A stretch of 64,000 bases of DNA from Eledone cirrhosa (Eukaryota): positions 157,046,001 to 157,110,000 of the forward strand of contig OZ024742.1 of assembly GCA_964016885.1 (NCBI GenBank), given 5' to 3'. Numbering within the stretch: position 1 is the stretch's first letter; every line of letters begins with the position of its first letter. The translations under genes were made by a program, and so were the position numbers. Of this stretch, positions 1 through 15,198 are shown piece by piece. The notes under the pieces are model-generated. The model searched no databases and was not told the origin of the DNA. It saw only the letters and a program-made list of their open reading frames with translations.

Positions 1-2890
<2,890 letters not shown>

Positions 2891-3317
2891 TACACAGGTG
2901 TGTATGATTGTATATATACTGTATTTATATGCAAAAAGTAAACGAAAACCAAGCGACACAGTACAAGGAATAGATGTATTAGTTTACCGCTTGATATAGT
3001 AGAACAATACTATTTACATTTACGACATTAGACATTTATCATAATATAGAATGACAAATAAGAGATGAATTAGAAAGATAGTCAATGAAAAGAGGAAGGA
3101 CGGGAAAGATGCTCTCGAAAAAAAATACGGATATAGATAGGTCTCATTCGAAAGAAACAATCAGAGTGTTTTGATAATTTCTTCCGAATAAAACATTTCT
3201 TATCCGGGAGAAGTCGTGTTCGTGTCTAATAATAATATATAGATGTCTAAACTGTAATAATGAATTGAGTACCTATTTTACCAGTGAAAAATCTCCCGAT
3301 AAGCATCGGGTATGCAC

Positions 3318-3399
<82 letters not shown>

Positions 3400-3429
3400 C
3401 GTGTATATATATGTATATATATATATACG

Positions 3430-5610
3430 GGATAACAAGTTATCGTTATAGGCAATCCACTTTGAGGTAGTCTAGTTAGAGTACTCCGTGTTGTGGATGG
3501 TATTAACGTATGGCTTAGTTTGACTCAACAAGACGCTCCATAGTGATGCAGCGAGTTCGCGGTGATTTCTATGTAGGATATACTTGAAGTAATAATAATT
3601 GAAGAGATAACAGTAACATGGTTGTCTGTACAATAAGGGCTTTATTCACAGTGTTGACAATTGTTTCTTTGATCAAGTAGGTTTAGAGTTCGCAAATCGC
3701 TAGATATCGCGTCAATCGAACTCCAATACTTTGTTTATAACCAGTTAATTCATCAGAGCAAGCGAATGAGAGGGTAATATACAAGGCATGGCTTTTATAG
3801 TTGAGTGGTATTAGACCAGAACAATAATATCAATAACAAAATAACTAGATACTGAATAGTTAAATTAATAACATCAATATAAGTGAGCAATAGAATATAA
3901 TGATAAAATGATAGAACTAGCATGGTAACCGAACTGATATGATACAGATATATGGAATTGACATGTGAAAACTACTATAGGTTACTTTAGACGTAGTTTC
4001 TGAGGGGATGGATAGATAACTAATAAAATGTACCCAGAGACAGATTTTTGGAATCTGACCATTTAAGTACAATTATAAGTGCTCTAGATACAAGTGTGCT
4101 GAAGTTCTAAAGGCACGCTAGCTATAAACCGGAGATTGATTTATGGTCTGATAGATAAGTATTTTCGTTGTATTAACTTAATTCGAATCATGGGGGTTTA
4201 GTTTTCACAACTTCGATGACATATAGTGTATAATTAAGACAATAAATCAACAATAAAATATGCATGGTAAATAGATAGAGAACATGATGAATAAAATTAG
4301 GGATAGGCTACACTAAGATGATCATAATAGTAATAAGAAGAAAATAAGAAAGTAAGAGTTATAAGGAGCGTAAGGATAATAATATAATGTACATAGAATT
4401 AGGTTCATCTGTTAGAGAACATGGGTGCTAATGTGAGATATTTAGATATAATTGTTTAGTTCGAAAGAATAAACAACAGCAAATGCTAGATTAATTTCTG
4501 GGCTGACATGATAATTGGTAGATGTTTGTAGATATTACTGCGCCATCTTGATGATATAGATGTAGGGAGGCTGGAAGATGTTTATAGATATGAGGTGGGC
4601 TGTGTGGGAATGCGGATTTCAAACGTTAAATTCTAAGTGATTTTGAATTAAGTTCAGGGATGCTTGTTCGAATCACGGTGGTTTAAATCTCGTAAATTTA
4701 GTAGCAATCCTATGTCTGAAAAATTGACTTTTCTATTTTGCTGTTAAGTAGCATTTTATCGTACCTTAAGATATGTAGCAATTCAAGGTTGCAGAGCCCG
4801 CAATGGGACATACCGCTGCTATAGGCCTTTGCGGCCGCTAATTTCGACCAGCTAATATTGTAATCAAGGTTTTGTCCTTAAGTTGCCATATTTTATTAAC
4901 GAGGGTTGTGGAATTCACCATTGCACGGTTCTTCATTGAATGTCTGTGTACATACCATCTTTTTTTAAAAAACTACGTCTAAAGTAACCTATAGTAATTT
5001 TCACATGTCAACTTCATACATCTGTATCATATTACTTCGAATTAAGTTAATACAACGAAAATACTTATCTATCAGACCATAAATCAATCTCCGGTTTATT
5101 GCTAGCGTGCCTTTAGAACCTCAGCACACTTGTATCTAGAGCACTTATAATTGTACTTAATTGGTCAGATTCCAAAAATCTGTCTCTGGGTACATTTTAT
5201 TAGTTATCTATCCATCCCTCAGAAACTACGTCTAAAGTAACCTATAGTAGTTTTCACATGTCAACTTCATACATCTGTATCATATCAGTTCGGTTACCAT
5301 GCTAGTTCTATCATTTTATCATTATATTCTATTGCTCACTTATATTGATGTTATTAATTTAACAATTCAGTATCTAGTTATTTTGTTATTGATGTTATTG
5401 TTCTGGTCTAATACCACTCCATGTTCTGGTATACTACCCTCACATTCGCTTGCGCTGATGAATTAACTGATTATAAACAAAGTACTAGGGTTCGATTGAC
5501 GCATAATCTAGCGATTAGCGATCTATAGACCTACCATATCAAAGAAACAACACTGTGCCTAAAGAAATTATTGTACAGACAACCATGTTACACTTATCTC
5601 TTGAATTATA
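3430..5610 (-). mobile_element. 5'-truncated Penelope-like element (Hydra-clade-like) with an inverted pLTR copy
   Basis: Minus-strand translation of ~4850-4945 gives HSMKNRAMVNSTTLVNKIWQLKDK, which resembles the end of a PLE GIY-YIG domain (compare ASRIWDLK at ~9380). ~3600-4187 and ~5035-5606 are inverted copies. Flanked by (TA)n. Confidence 0.75.
3652..3760 (-). ncRNA. Hammerhead ribozyme motif with long stem II insert (family C, partly degenerate)
   Basis: Minus strand: tgct-CTGATGA-(~80 nt)-GAAAC-AATT-GTC-aaca. The core is intact and stem III is palindromic; stems I and II are weak. Homologous to 14939-15051. Confidence 0.5.
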
Positions 5611-5614
5611 TATA

Positions 5615-5659
<45 letters not shown>

Positions 5660-5663
<4 letters not shown>

Positions 5664-5820
5664 CCTAATATAGGAAAATGTTCAGGACCCCGACGGCAGA
5701 GCTCAGCTCTGTCATCGGGTTTCTGAACCTTCTCCTATTACCCACCCAACTGTCCAAAGTATCGAGTACACTGGTGCGTTATGGTCCACCTGGTTCCTTA
5801 CCTCACTTCCTTCATTATAA
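5660..5820. repeat. Fragment of a dispersed fold-back repeat family (also 37805-37905 and 60176-60565)
   Basis: Shares cctattacccac...atcgagtac...gcgttatggtcca.ctggt.ccttacc with 60476-60560, and has a local hairpin gaccccgacggcagagct...agctctgtcatcggg. Confidence 0.75.
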
Positions 5821-5869
5821 AATAATATATATATATATATAATATAATGTATAATAAACAATACAATAT

Positions 5870-5947
5870 AATTACCTCATTACCAGAGGTTTCCCGAATA
5901 AGACGAATACGAAAAACGTCCTCATTCGTTCATCGGACAAGGCAATT
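5870..5947 (-). ncRNA. Type I hammerhead ribozyme (family A), inverted pLTR copy
   Basis: Reverse complement of 7272-7349. Confidence 0.78.
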
Positions 5948-7271
5948 TAAAACAGTGAAATATTTTAATAATCTCCTGAAGAAAAACAAGAGTTTAACGG
6001 GCAAAACAAAACAAAGCAAGAGATATATAAATAAATAAGGAAATATAGTTAGGGTATGTGTATAAATGTGTATATATTAACTCACAAATGTACATATGTG
6101 TGTATGTACAAATGCATGTGTATAGTGAAAATGTGTGTGTGCGTAAGTGCGTATATGAGGGCAAGCATAATAGTGTATGTGGGACAAATACGTATATAAC
6201 ATAATTTGAAAAATAATGTACATCCAGATATAGGTATTAAATATAGACACATACAAGAATGAAAGCACGCGTATAAACACATTACCTGATAACACTGTGA
6301 CTGCGTTTTCAACTCCAGGTATATCCTGTTGTTTCGCAGCCGCTTTTATATTTATATTTATTTTTTTCATATGGATGGTCGATAATTTGTATCTATGCGT
6401 GTGAGTGCGTATGCGCCTCCGTGTGTGTGCGTGTGAATGTCTATATGTGTGAGCATGCGTGTTTTTATATCTATATTTTATACGAGTGTCTGTATGTGGG
6501 TGAACGTATGTGTATAAGTACGTGTATATATTTATATATATGTATATGTATCTATGTGTGTGTATGCATATGTGTATATGTATAGTCGTGTACGTACTTG
6601 TGCTTAGATATACGTGTGCCGATATATGTATATATATGTGTGCTTCGTGTGTATGTATGTACGTATGCATGCGTTTTTGCCTGTACGTATTCATATATAT
6701 ATATATATTTATATATATATATATGTGTGTGCGTACGTGCGAACCTATGTTTGTCTTCTTTTTCTCTAGTATTAATTTGTAATTGATAACCCCTCCATCT
6801 TACTTTCTCTTTGATTTAAACAACATTTCTTTCTTTCTCATATATTGTTTCATTTTTATATGTATCGAATATGACTCTTTTTGACTAATACACTCCCTTT
6901 CCTTTTTATCTTCCGCATATAAATGATCGCGCGTGTGTGTTTATACGCGTGCTTTCATACTTGTATGTGTATATATTTAATACCTATATTATGGACGTAT
7001 ATTATTTTTCAACTTATATTATATACGTATTGGTAACACATACACTATTATGCTTGCCCTCATATACGCACTTACGCACATACACATTTTAACTATACAC
7101 ATGCATTTGTACATACACACATATGTATATTTGTGAGTGAATATATACACATTTATACACATACCCTAACTATATTTCCTTATTTATTTATATATCTCTT
7201 GCTTTGTTTTTTTTGCCCGTTAAACTCTTACCTTTCTTGAGGAGATTTTTCAAATATTTCACTATGTTTTA

Positions 7272-7349
7272 AATTGCCTTGTCCGATGAACGAATGAGGA
7301 CGTTTTTCGTATTCGTCTTATTCGGGAAACCTCTGGTAATGAGGTAATT
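7272..7349 (+). ncRNA. Type I hammerhead ribozyme, CCGAUGA core variant (family A)
   Basis: Stem I aattgccttgt/atgaggtaatt (11 bp including G-U); core CCGATGA; stem II cgaatgaggacg/cgtcttattcg; GAAA-CC-tct-GG-TA; predicted cleavage after A7338. Confidence 0.8.
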
Positions 7350-7569
7350 ATATTGTATTGTTTATTATACATTAAATTTAGCTCTAGTACTTACATAGAG
7401 CACTCTTCACTCCTATGACGTTTACAATTTTCAACGGAAACTTCAATACCTATACAGCTCCCAAGGGAATGATCGTAGCATATTCTACAATTTTTATGAT
7501 ATTGGCACCTTGCAGGCCTTTTAAAGTCGAGCACTCTTCAGTCAATAGGATTTTAAACCAATACTGAAC

Positions 7570-9607
7570 ATGGATAAATATCCTTTGGATTACTCTATCA
7601 ATAATATCCCAACACCTTCTAACACTTCCTACACGAAAGTGCTGATAGACAAAGTAGAGAAAGTTGTTAAAAGAATGAGATGGAAAGCTCTGATTCTCGA
7701 TGGACACTTTAACACGGACTCTACGGAATATTTGATATCAAAACTCATAAATACCCGCAAAGATATGACCGCTTTTGAACTAGACTTAGTTAATTTAATC
7801 AACATTATCAATTTTCGTAAGTATTCTAACCCTTTTCAATCTAAACTATCTAATGATATTTCAATATTCAAATTTTCTAAAAATAAGTTCATTTTCTCCG
7901 ACAAAACTAAAAACTTATATGAAGTTAATAATAATTTACATGACCAACTCTTAATAGATAACATCACCTCTAAATACCAAATAGCTAATATAAACACGTA
8001 TAATAATATAAATAAGGAAGCTAAAGAATTAGCTAGTTCTTTAAAAATAGATAATAGGGCAGAAAAACTTGCTAAACTTAATGCCTATATCACCCTTAAA
8101 GATCACAAACCTGACTTTATTAATCGTCCTAGTTGTAGATTAATCAACCCTGCTAAGAATGATATAGGTCTTGCTAGCAAATTTTTTTAAAATAATATAA
8201 ACACACAGATTAGAAGTAAGTCTCAATTACTCCAATGGATAAATAGCTCTTCCGTAGTACATTGCTTTAATAATATTAAAGATAAAAATAGTTCTAGATT
8301 CACCCAATTTGACATTGTAGATTTCTACGCGTCTATCACTCAGCATCTTTTAGCGAAAGCCTTAAATTTCGCTAGAAAGTTTACCAATATTTCTAATATT
8401 GAAGAGAATGTCATATTTCATGCTAGAAACACTCTACTCTTTACTGATAAGTAAATATATCTAACCCAGAGAACCCATTCAATGTCTCGATGGGTTCTTT
8501 TGACAGTGCTGATGTTTGTGATTTAGTCGGCCTATTTCTCCTACACACACTTAAAGAAAAATCCCTAACCATATTTTGGGGCTTTATCGCGACGATAGTC
8601 TAATACTTTACCATACCATCATAAGCCATAACTTAGATACATTAAGGAATGACTTGATAAAAACCTTCGCTAGTTTTAATCTTAAAATTACTATTGACAC
8701 TAACCTTTCCAATGTTAATTTTCTAGATATAAACCTATTTCTGCCTACTGCTTCTTATAAACCGTACCATAAACCTAATGAAAATTTAAAATATATAAAT
8801 AAAGGCTCTTGCCATCCTCCTATAGGTTTTATAAACCTTATCCCTAATATTAGCCGTAGGATCTCCACCCACTCTTTCTTAGAAGCTATCTTCAATAAGG
8901 CATCTCCCTATTATATTAAAGCCCTTCAAAATAGCGGATTTAGCGAACCGATTACGTACATACCCAACAATATTAACTCATTTAAACATAATAATAGGAA
9001 GAGAAAAATAATCTGGTTCACACCCCCCTATTCTCTAGCAGTTAAAACTAATGTAGGCAAAACATTCCTAGAGTTCTTAGATAAACATTTCCCTAGAACA
9101 CATAGATACTATAAGATCTTCAATAGAAACTGTGTCAAAATTAGCTACTCCTGCGGTCCCCCTATTAATCTTATATCATCAATAAGAAATCACCCAGAGA
9201 ACATCAAAATTGCTCCTGTAGAGTCAAAAGTGAATACCCATTACAAGGTAAATGCAACACCAAAGACATTGTATATGCGGCTAAAGTGACAACCATCAGC
9301 AACAACCTACCAGCCACCAGCGAACGATATGTGGGTATGACACAAGACGAATTCAAAACGATTTACAACAGCTATGGCTAGCAGAATATGGGATTTGAAA
9401 GTCCAAGGTATCCAATATAAATTGGATTGGTCAATTTTGAACCAATCTAAAGAATATACAAGAGGAACAAGAAGATGCGCACTCTGTATAAGTGAAAAAT
9501 ATTGGATGTACAGAACGATAAATAACCAAAACCTGCCTAAATACAAAAACAAAAATGTTCAACAGTTGCCCACACATGAAATCAAACTTGCTTTCCAGCT
9601 CATATAA
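7570..9607 (+). pseudogene. Frameshifted PLE reverse transcriptase + C-terminal GIY-YIG endonuclease
   Basis: Motifs across frames: KRMRWKA, FSDKTKNLY (DKT), KDHKPDF...CRLINPAK, FTQFDIVDFYASI, MGSFDSADVCDLVG, GLYRDD, VNFLDINL, RKRKIIWFTPPYS, NCSCRVKSEYPLQGKC, DIVY...YVGMT, CALCISEK. Several frameshifts and stops (e.g. ~8185, ~8452). Confidence 0.92.
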
Positions 9608-10822
9608 ACTTAACTCACTTTCAGATACACACGGAAAGATAAACTCTTGTTCTTCAATTTCCTTAAATTATCCTCTTTACAGACTTCTCTTTCTGATTTA
9701 CTTTCATTTTTAACTTTATTTTCATTTTTATTTTTATTTTCACTTCACATCCAGAAGTGACCCACCCCTTCCCTACTTATTGATTCACTTACCTAATATC
9801 CTCAAATTCCACACATTACTTCCCCATTTTCTTTCACTACCTGATATCACTGTCACTGCGTTTTCAACTCCAGATATATCCTGTTGTTTCGCAGCCGCTT
9901 TTATATTTGTATTTCTTTTTTTCATATGGCTGGTCTATAATTTGTATCTATGCGTGTGAGTGTGTATGCGCCTCCGTGTGTGTGCGTGTGTGTGTCTATA
10001 TATGTGAGCATGTGTGTTTTTATATCTATATTTTCTACGAGTGTGTATGTGGGTGAACGTATGTGTATATGTACGTGTATATATTTATATATATATGTAT
10101 ATGTTTGTATGTGTGTGTATGCATATGTGTATATGTATAGTCGCGTACGTACGTGTGCTTAGATATACGTGTGCCGAGATATGTATATATATGTGTGCTT
10201 CGTGTGTATATATGTATGTATGCATGCGTTTTTGCCTGTAAATATTCATATATATATATATATTTATATATATATATATGTGTGCGTACGTGCGAACCTA
10301 TGTTTGTTTTCTTTTTCTCTAGTATTAATTTGTAATTGATAACCCCTCCATCTTACTTTCTCTTTGATTTAAACAACATTTTTTTTCTTTCTCATATATT
10401 GTTTCATTTTTATATGTATCGAATATGACTCTTTTTGACTATACACTCCCTTCCCTTTTTATCTTCAGCATATAAATGATCGCGCGTGTGTGTTTATACG
10501 CGTGCTTTTATACTTGTATGTGTATATATTTAATACCTATATCTGGATGTACATTATTTTTCAACTTATATTATATGTGTATTGGTCACACATACACTAT
10601 TATGCTTACCCTCATATACGCACTTATGCACACACATTTTCACTATACTCATGCATTTATACATACACACATATGTACATTTGTGAGTGAATATATACCC
10701 ATTTATACACATACCCTAACTATATTTCCTTATTTTTTTATATATGTCTTGGTTTGTTTACTTTTGCCCGTTAAACTCTTACCTTTCTTGAGGAGATTTT
10801 TCAAATATTTCACTATATTTTA

Positions 10823-10900
10823 AATTGCCTTGTCCGATGAACGAATGAGGACGTTTTTCGTATCCGTCTTATTCGGGAAATCTCTGGTAATGAGGTAATT
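10823..10900 (+). ncRNA. Type I hammerhead ribozyme (family A), 3' pLTR copy
   Basis: Near-identical to 7272-7349; predicted cleavage after A10889. Confidence 0.78.
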
Positions 10901-11001
10901 ATATTGTATTGTTTAGTATACATTAAATTTAGCTCTGGTACTTACATAGATCACTCTTCACTCCTATGACGTTTTCCATTTTCAACGGAAACTTCAATAC
11001 T

Positions 11002-11098
<97 letters not shown>

Positions 11099-11189
11099 TA
11101 TGTATATATATATATATATATACAGTATATATATATATATTTATATATATATATATATATGTACATATACATATATATATATATAATAT

Positions 11190-11455
11190 ATAAGAACAAA
11201 AGATGGTTAAAGGAGTTCCATGTATTTTCTTATGCGCATTTCAAAAACAAATATCATCATGCAATAATATTTGCGTTTTCATCAGATAAAACAGGAGGAC
11301 ATGATATGAAGGCTAAAAAACACTTGTGGATAGTTCAGTTTTAAATCAACATATGTTCTTATATATTATGTATACTCCAGTCCCACAAACTGTAGAGTGC
11401 TTCTTATCCGATATCTGCATTGCTTTATTGTACTACAATAAAACTCGCCTCCTAC

Positions 11456-11456
<1 letters not shown>
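11190..11456. mobile_element. Solo rearranged pLTR fragment of PLE family B, with an HHR on the minus strand (11223-11292)
   Basis: 11190-11355 matches 48570-48730, and 11355-11456 matches 50815-50913; between (TA)n tracts. Confidence 0.85.
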
Positions 11457-11504
<48 letters not shown>

Positions 11505-11508
<4 letters not shown>

Positions 11509-11715
11509 AGTGAACGAAACCGCCGGGTTGAGATATTATATATATTTGGTCAGGTTTTTGTACATGTTTTCCTCTAACCTTGATTTTATACCTAATTAAG
11601 TGTAGTTAATTGTATGACTAGTCTATTTCTACAAGCTAATAGAAATATCACGTAAATATTTTCTAGCTATAAGTCGCGGATAAGAAGCTATATCATTTAT
11701 CTATTTTTTCTTCAT
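11505..11715 (+). repeat. Dispersed repeat, copy 1 (probable pLTR fragment)
   Basis: Diverged direct repeat of 13686-13902; begins right after (TA)n with tgaacGAAACcgccggGTT. Confidence 0.8.
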
Positions 11716-11764
11716 ATACAGTATATATATACAGTATATATATATATATAAAGAAAAAAAGATG

Positions 11765-13445
11765 TAATCGAAAATCCAACTGTTGTCTTATTTTTTTTTT
11801 AAATATATATATTTATTTGCTTCCTTTACCGGTTTCACAGTTCTTCTGCTTTTCAAAAGTAGTGTTGAGATGGAGGGTATTTTGTTTTTCTCACATCTGG
11901 TGGGTCTTTGAATGTTACTTGTTTTATATGGAAAAAAGTGGCTCGAAACGCCAGGTTTTTAGAGAAGTAATTTGATTGGTTTTTATTTTCTAAAGTAGAA
12001 AATAAAAACCCGACGTAAATAAAAGTTAACAAACGTTTGCGCTGACAATACAACAGAACAAATACGAATAAGTAAGGAAAATATGTTCATTCCAAAATAT
12101 TCCAACTAACGGAATAATTTTTCTACACACACGCACACGCACGCACGCACGCACGCACGCGCGCGGCGGGCGCACACACAAAATATAGATTCTCGTCATC
12201 TTAACATGCTAACCATACACCCACACATACATAACACCCATACACACACACATAACACCCATACACACACACATAACAGCCCCCGCCTACACACACGACT
12301 CCCTGCCCCATTTCTACTAATATAATCACTTTCCTACACACACACACACAATATATATATTCTCTACATCTTAACATACTCCCACACACACACACACATA
12401 ACACACATATACACACACTCACAACTCCCTCCCCCATTTCTACCAAAATAATTATCTTCCTATACACACACACACACACACAAACACACAAATAAACATA
12501 CATATGTTTACTTTCTTTATTTCAATAGAAAATCTGAACTCTGACACCTCAGCGAACAATTGTTCATCCCATTTCTCTTGACCATTCTTTTGCTTGTCAT
12601 AAAATTCTCTAAACGGTTACAAAATAAATAATTGTTTCTACTTTTGGCACAAGGCCAGCCTTTAGCCAGTAGATTACTGGTACTTTATTTTATCGACCCC
12701 ATAATGATAAAAGGCAAAGTTAACCTCGGTGGGATTTGAACTTAGAATGGCAAGGGCCGTAACTCTATATGTCAAAGCATGGCGTCCGACCCTCTACCGA
12801 TACTGCCAATTCACCGGCCTTCACCGCCAATACACCGGCTACAAAATATATAATACGGGCGCGGAACTTGTTCACGTGACTATCATAATTTCATTTATAA
12901 CCAGTCAAATTGCATTTAAAAAAAAAAGCATTCGTGAGCCACTTTTTTATTGTCATAAAATTATCTAAAAGGCTACAAAACAAATTCCGAAATACGGGCG
13001 CGATTGTTAATGAACTTGTTCATGTGACAGTCATAATTTCATTTATAACCAATCAGATTACATTTTTTGGGAAAAAGCCTTTGTGAGGCCTTTGTTTAAG
13101 TAAAAAGTAATTCAAACACTCATATATGAAAAAACAAACTGTTTGAAGAACTTTGTAACGCTAACTGGCGCAACATTTATTATACATATTAACCAAACAA
13201 TCAAATTACTTCTCTAAAAACCTTTAGTTTCGAGCCACTTTGTTCCGTATAAAACAAGTAACATTCAAAGACCAACCAGATGTGAGAAAAACCAAATACC
13301 CTCCATCTCAACTCTACTTTTGAAAAGCAGAAGAACTGCAAAGCCGTTAAAGGAACCAAATAAATATATATATTTAAAAAAAAAATAAGACTCTAAATAA
13401 GACTTTAAATGAGACAGTTGCATTTTTGATTTCATCTATTTTTCT
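11765..13445 (+). mobile_element. Heavily truncated Neptune-type PLE 3' end/pLTR with inverted terminal copy, interrupted by a SINE
   Basis: 12040-13440 is the reverse-complement homologue of 37920-38905; 11765-11980 is inverted relative to 13195-13440. Internal short tandem duplications at 12190-12480 and 12835-13090. Confidence 0.75.
12630..12828 (-). mobile_element. tRNA-derived SINE
   Basis: Reverse complement of the family at 31206-31386 (B box gttcaaatcc; gcctttcatcc...ggggtcgataaaataaagtaccagt; ggccttgtgcc tail). Confidence 0.88.
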
Positions 13446-13504
13446 TTATACTTTCACTCGTGTAGGACACCTCGGTTATTTTTCATTTTGTAAAAAAACG
13501 TCAC

Positions 13505-13579
<75 letters not shown>

Positions 13580-13592
13580 GTATATATATACA

Positions 13593-13685
<93 letters not shown>

Positions 13686-13686
<1 letters not shown>

Positions 13687-13902
13687 GAAAGTGAACGAAA
13701 CCGCCGGGTGGTAGATATATTATATACATTTTGGTGAGGTTTAAGTACCTTTTTTCTTCTAACTTTGGTTTTGTACCTGATTAAGTATAGTTAACTATAT
13801 GTCTAGTCAATTCCTACAGGCTAATAGATATATTAGGTAAATATTTTGGAGCTATAAGTCGCGGATAAGAAGCTATATCATTTATCTATTGTTTCTTCAT
13901 AA
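13686..13902 (+). repeat. Dispersed repeat, copy 2 (probable pLTR fragment)
   Basis: Diverged direct repeat of 11505-11715, also starting right after a (TA)n tract. Confidence 0.8.
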
Positions 13903-14164
13903 GTACATTTTAAACTTATAGCCTCGTTTAAATGATTGTTTGTGTGGTTGGTTTACACTGATTGGGAGGAGAAATACTGTATATATTTTATCTAATGATT
14001 CTATGGACTTACTTCATCTCATATAAAATAATACAGCCGACTTTCCACATAATACAGTATAGTTAGCACCCCAAACGTATAATTGGGTATATACTTAGTT
14101 ATTTCCTAATGTTTGTTGAGTGAGATAGAAGTTGGTCCGAGTATCGCTATTAGCTTTCTCTGTT

Positions 14165-14274
<110 letters not shown>

Positions 14275-14449
14275 AATATATATATATATAAAGATCAATT
14301 TTCTGTAGGCACGAAGCAGCTACAATGTTATCACATTTAAAACCAGCATGATTCGACCCCGCAATCCCAAAATTCGAGTTGAACCACCCGGATTTTAATG
14401 TACGGAATACATACCATTACACTGTTATTAGCTGTCAACTGACCGATTC

Positions 14450-15100
14450 TTCACTCGATCATAAATCTCTTAAACTTTCTTTCATCTCCCTCCCTGAACC
14501 CACATCAACCCCATTAAGTTAAGATAGTCAGCAGGCAAAACATTTACCACACACACATATCAAAAGCCCCCTTCCCCGTCTATCCGTAGCCCTTATGTCT
14601 CATCCACGTATCTCTCACTTAATTTTTAATTTAATGCTTTTTATTTGTTATCTGTCATTTGTTACTACCTCTCATTCTCTACACGTATGTTTGTATCTAA
14701 TGTTGCTTTTCATGTTAGTAACACCTCTACCCTCACATTCCTATACAGACACTCACTCACCACTATCGTATTCTGTACTTTATTGTTTCTTTTACTTCAT
14801 ATTTCTTTATTTTTTTTACTTTTTACATCTGTAACTTCTTTACCTCTTTATCATTATATTTTATTATTGATGTTATTGATGTTATTGTTTTGATTCTACG
14901 CTGTATCTATATATACCATTGCCATATGTGAGTTCTCTAGTATTCTGAGTAATTGATCAGACGTAAAGACTGTATTTAACGTCGAATGAAGCAACTTTGA
15001 GTGATTAGCGACCTTTAGACACACCTGATCAATGAAACAATTGTTAATACTTGAAATAAAACCCCTTGTTGTACAACATACCACGATATTCTTCAATCTT

Positions 15101-15105
<5 letters not shown>
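14450..15105 (+). mobile_element. Solo PLE 3' pLTR fragment (related to 5290-5606) ending in (TA)n
   Basis: Shares ttattgatgttatt, gattagcga.ct.tagac, gaaacaattgt and ttgtaca with 5340-5606 and with the 3600-3870 reverse complement. Confidence 0.6.
14939..15051 (+). ncRNA. Hammerhead-like motif with 64-nt loop II and non-canonical core (family C)
   Basis: Stem I agtatt/aatact; core CTGAGTA (G8 replaced by U); stem II attgatcag/ctgatcaat; GAAAC-AATT-GTT. Confidence 0.65.

Positions 15106-15198
<93 letters not shown>

Larger units (their letters stand above)
5845..11000 (+). mobile_element. Near-full-length Penelope-like retroelement, Hydra-clade-like: inverted pLTR + partial-tandem pLTR + ORF + 3' pLTR
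   Basis: Direct repeats 6281-7449 and 9836-11000 (~1165 bp); 5845-6280 is the reverse complement of ~6937-7375. An RT-GIY-YIG ORF lies between the direct repeats. (TA)n on both sides and one HHR in each pLTR copy. Confidence 0.93.

Noticed and set aside
11888-11968. Possible HHR in the Neptune pLTR (ctggtgg...ggctcGAAACgccagGTT; also ~13210 and ~38035)
   Set aside because: The core deviates from CUGANGA in all copies, and the motif would be antisense to the element's ORF.
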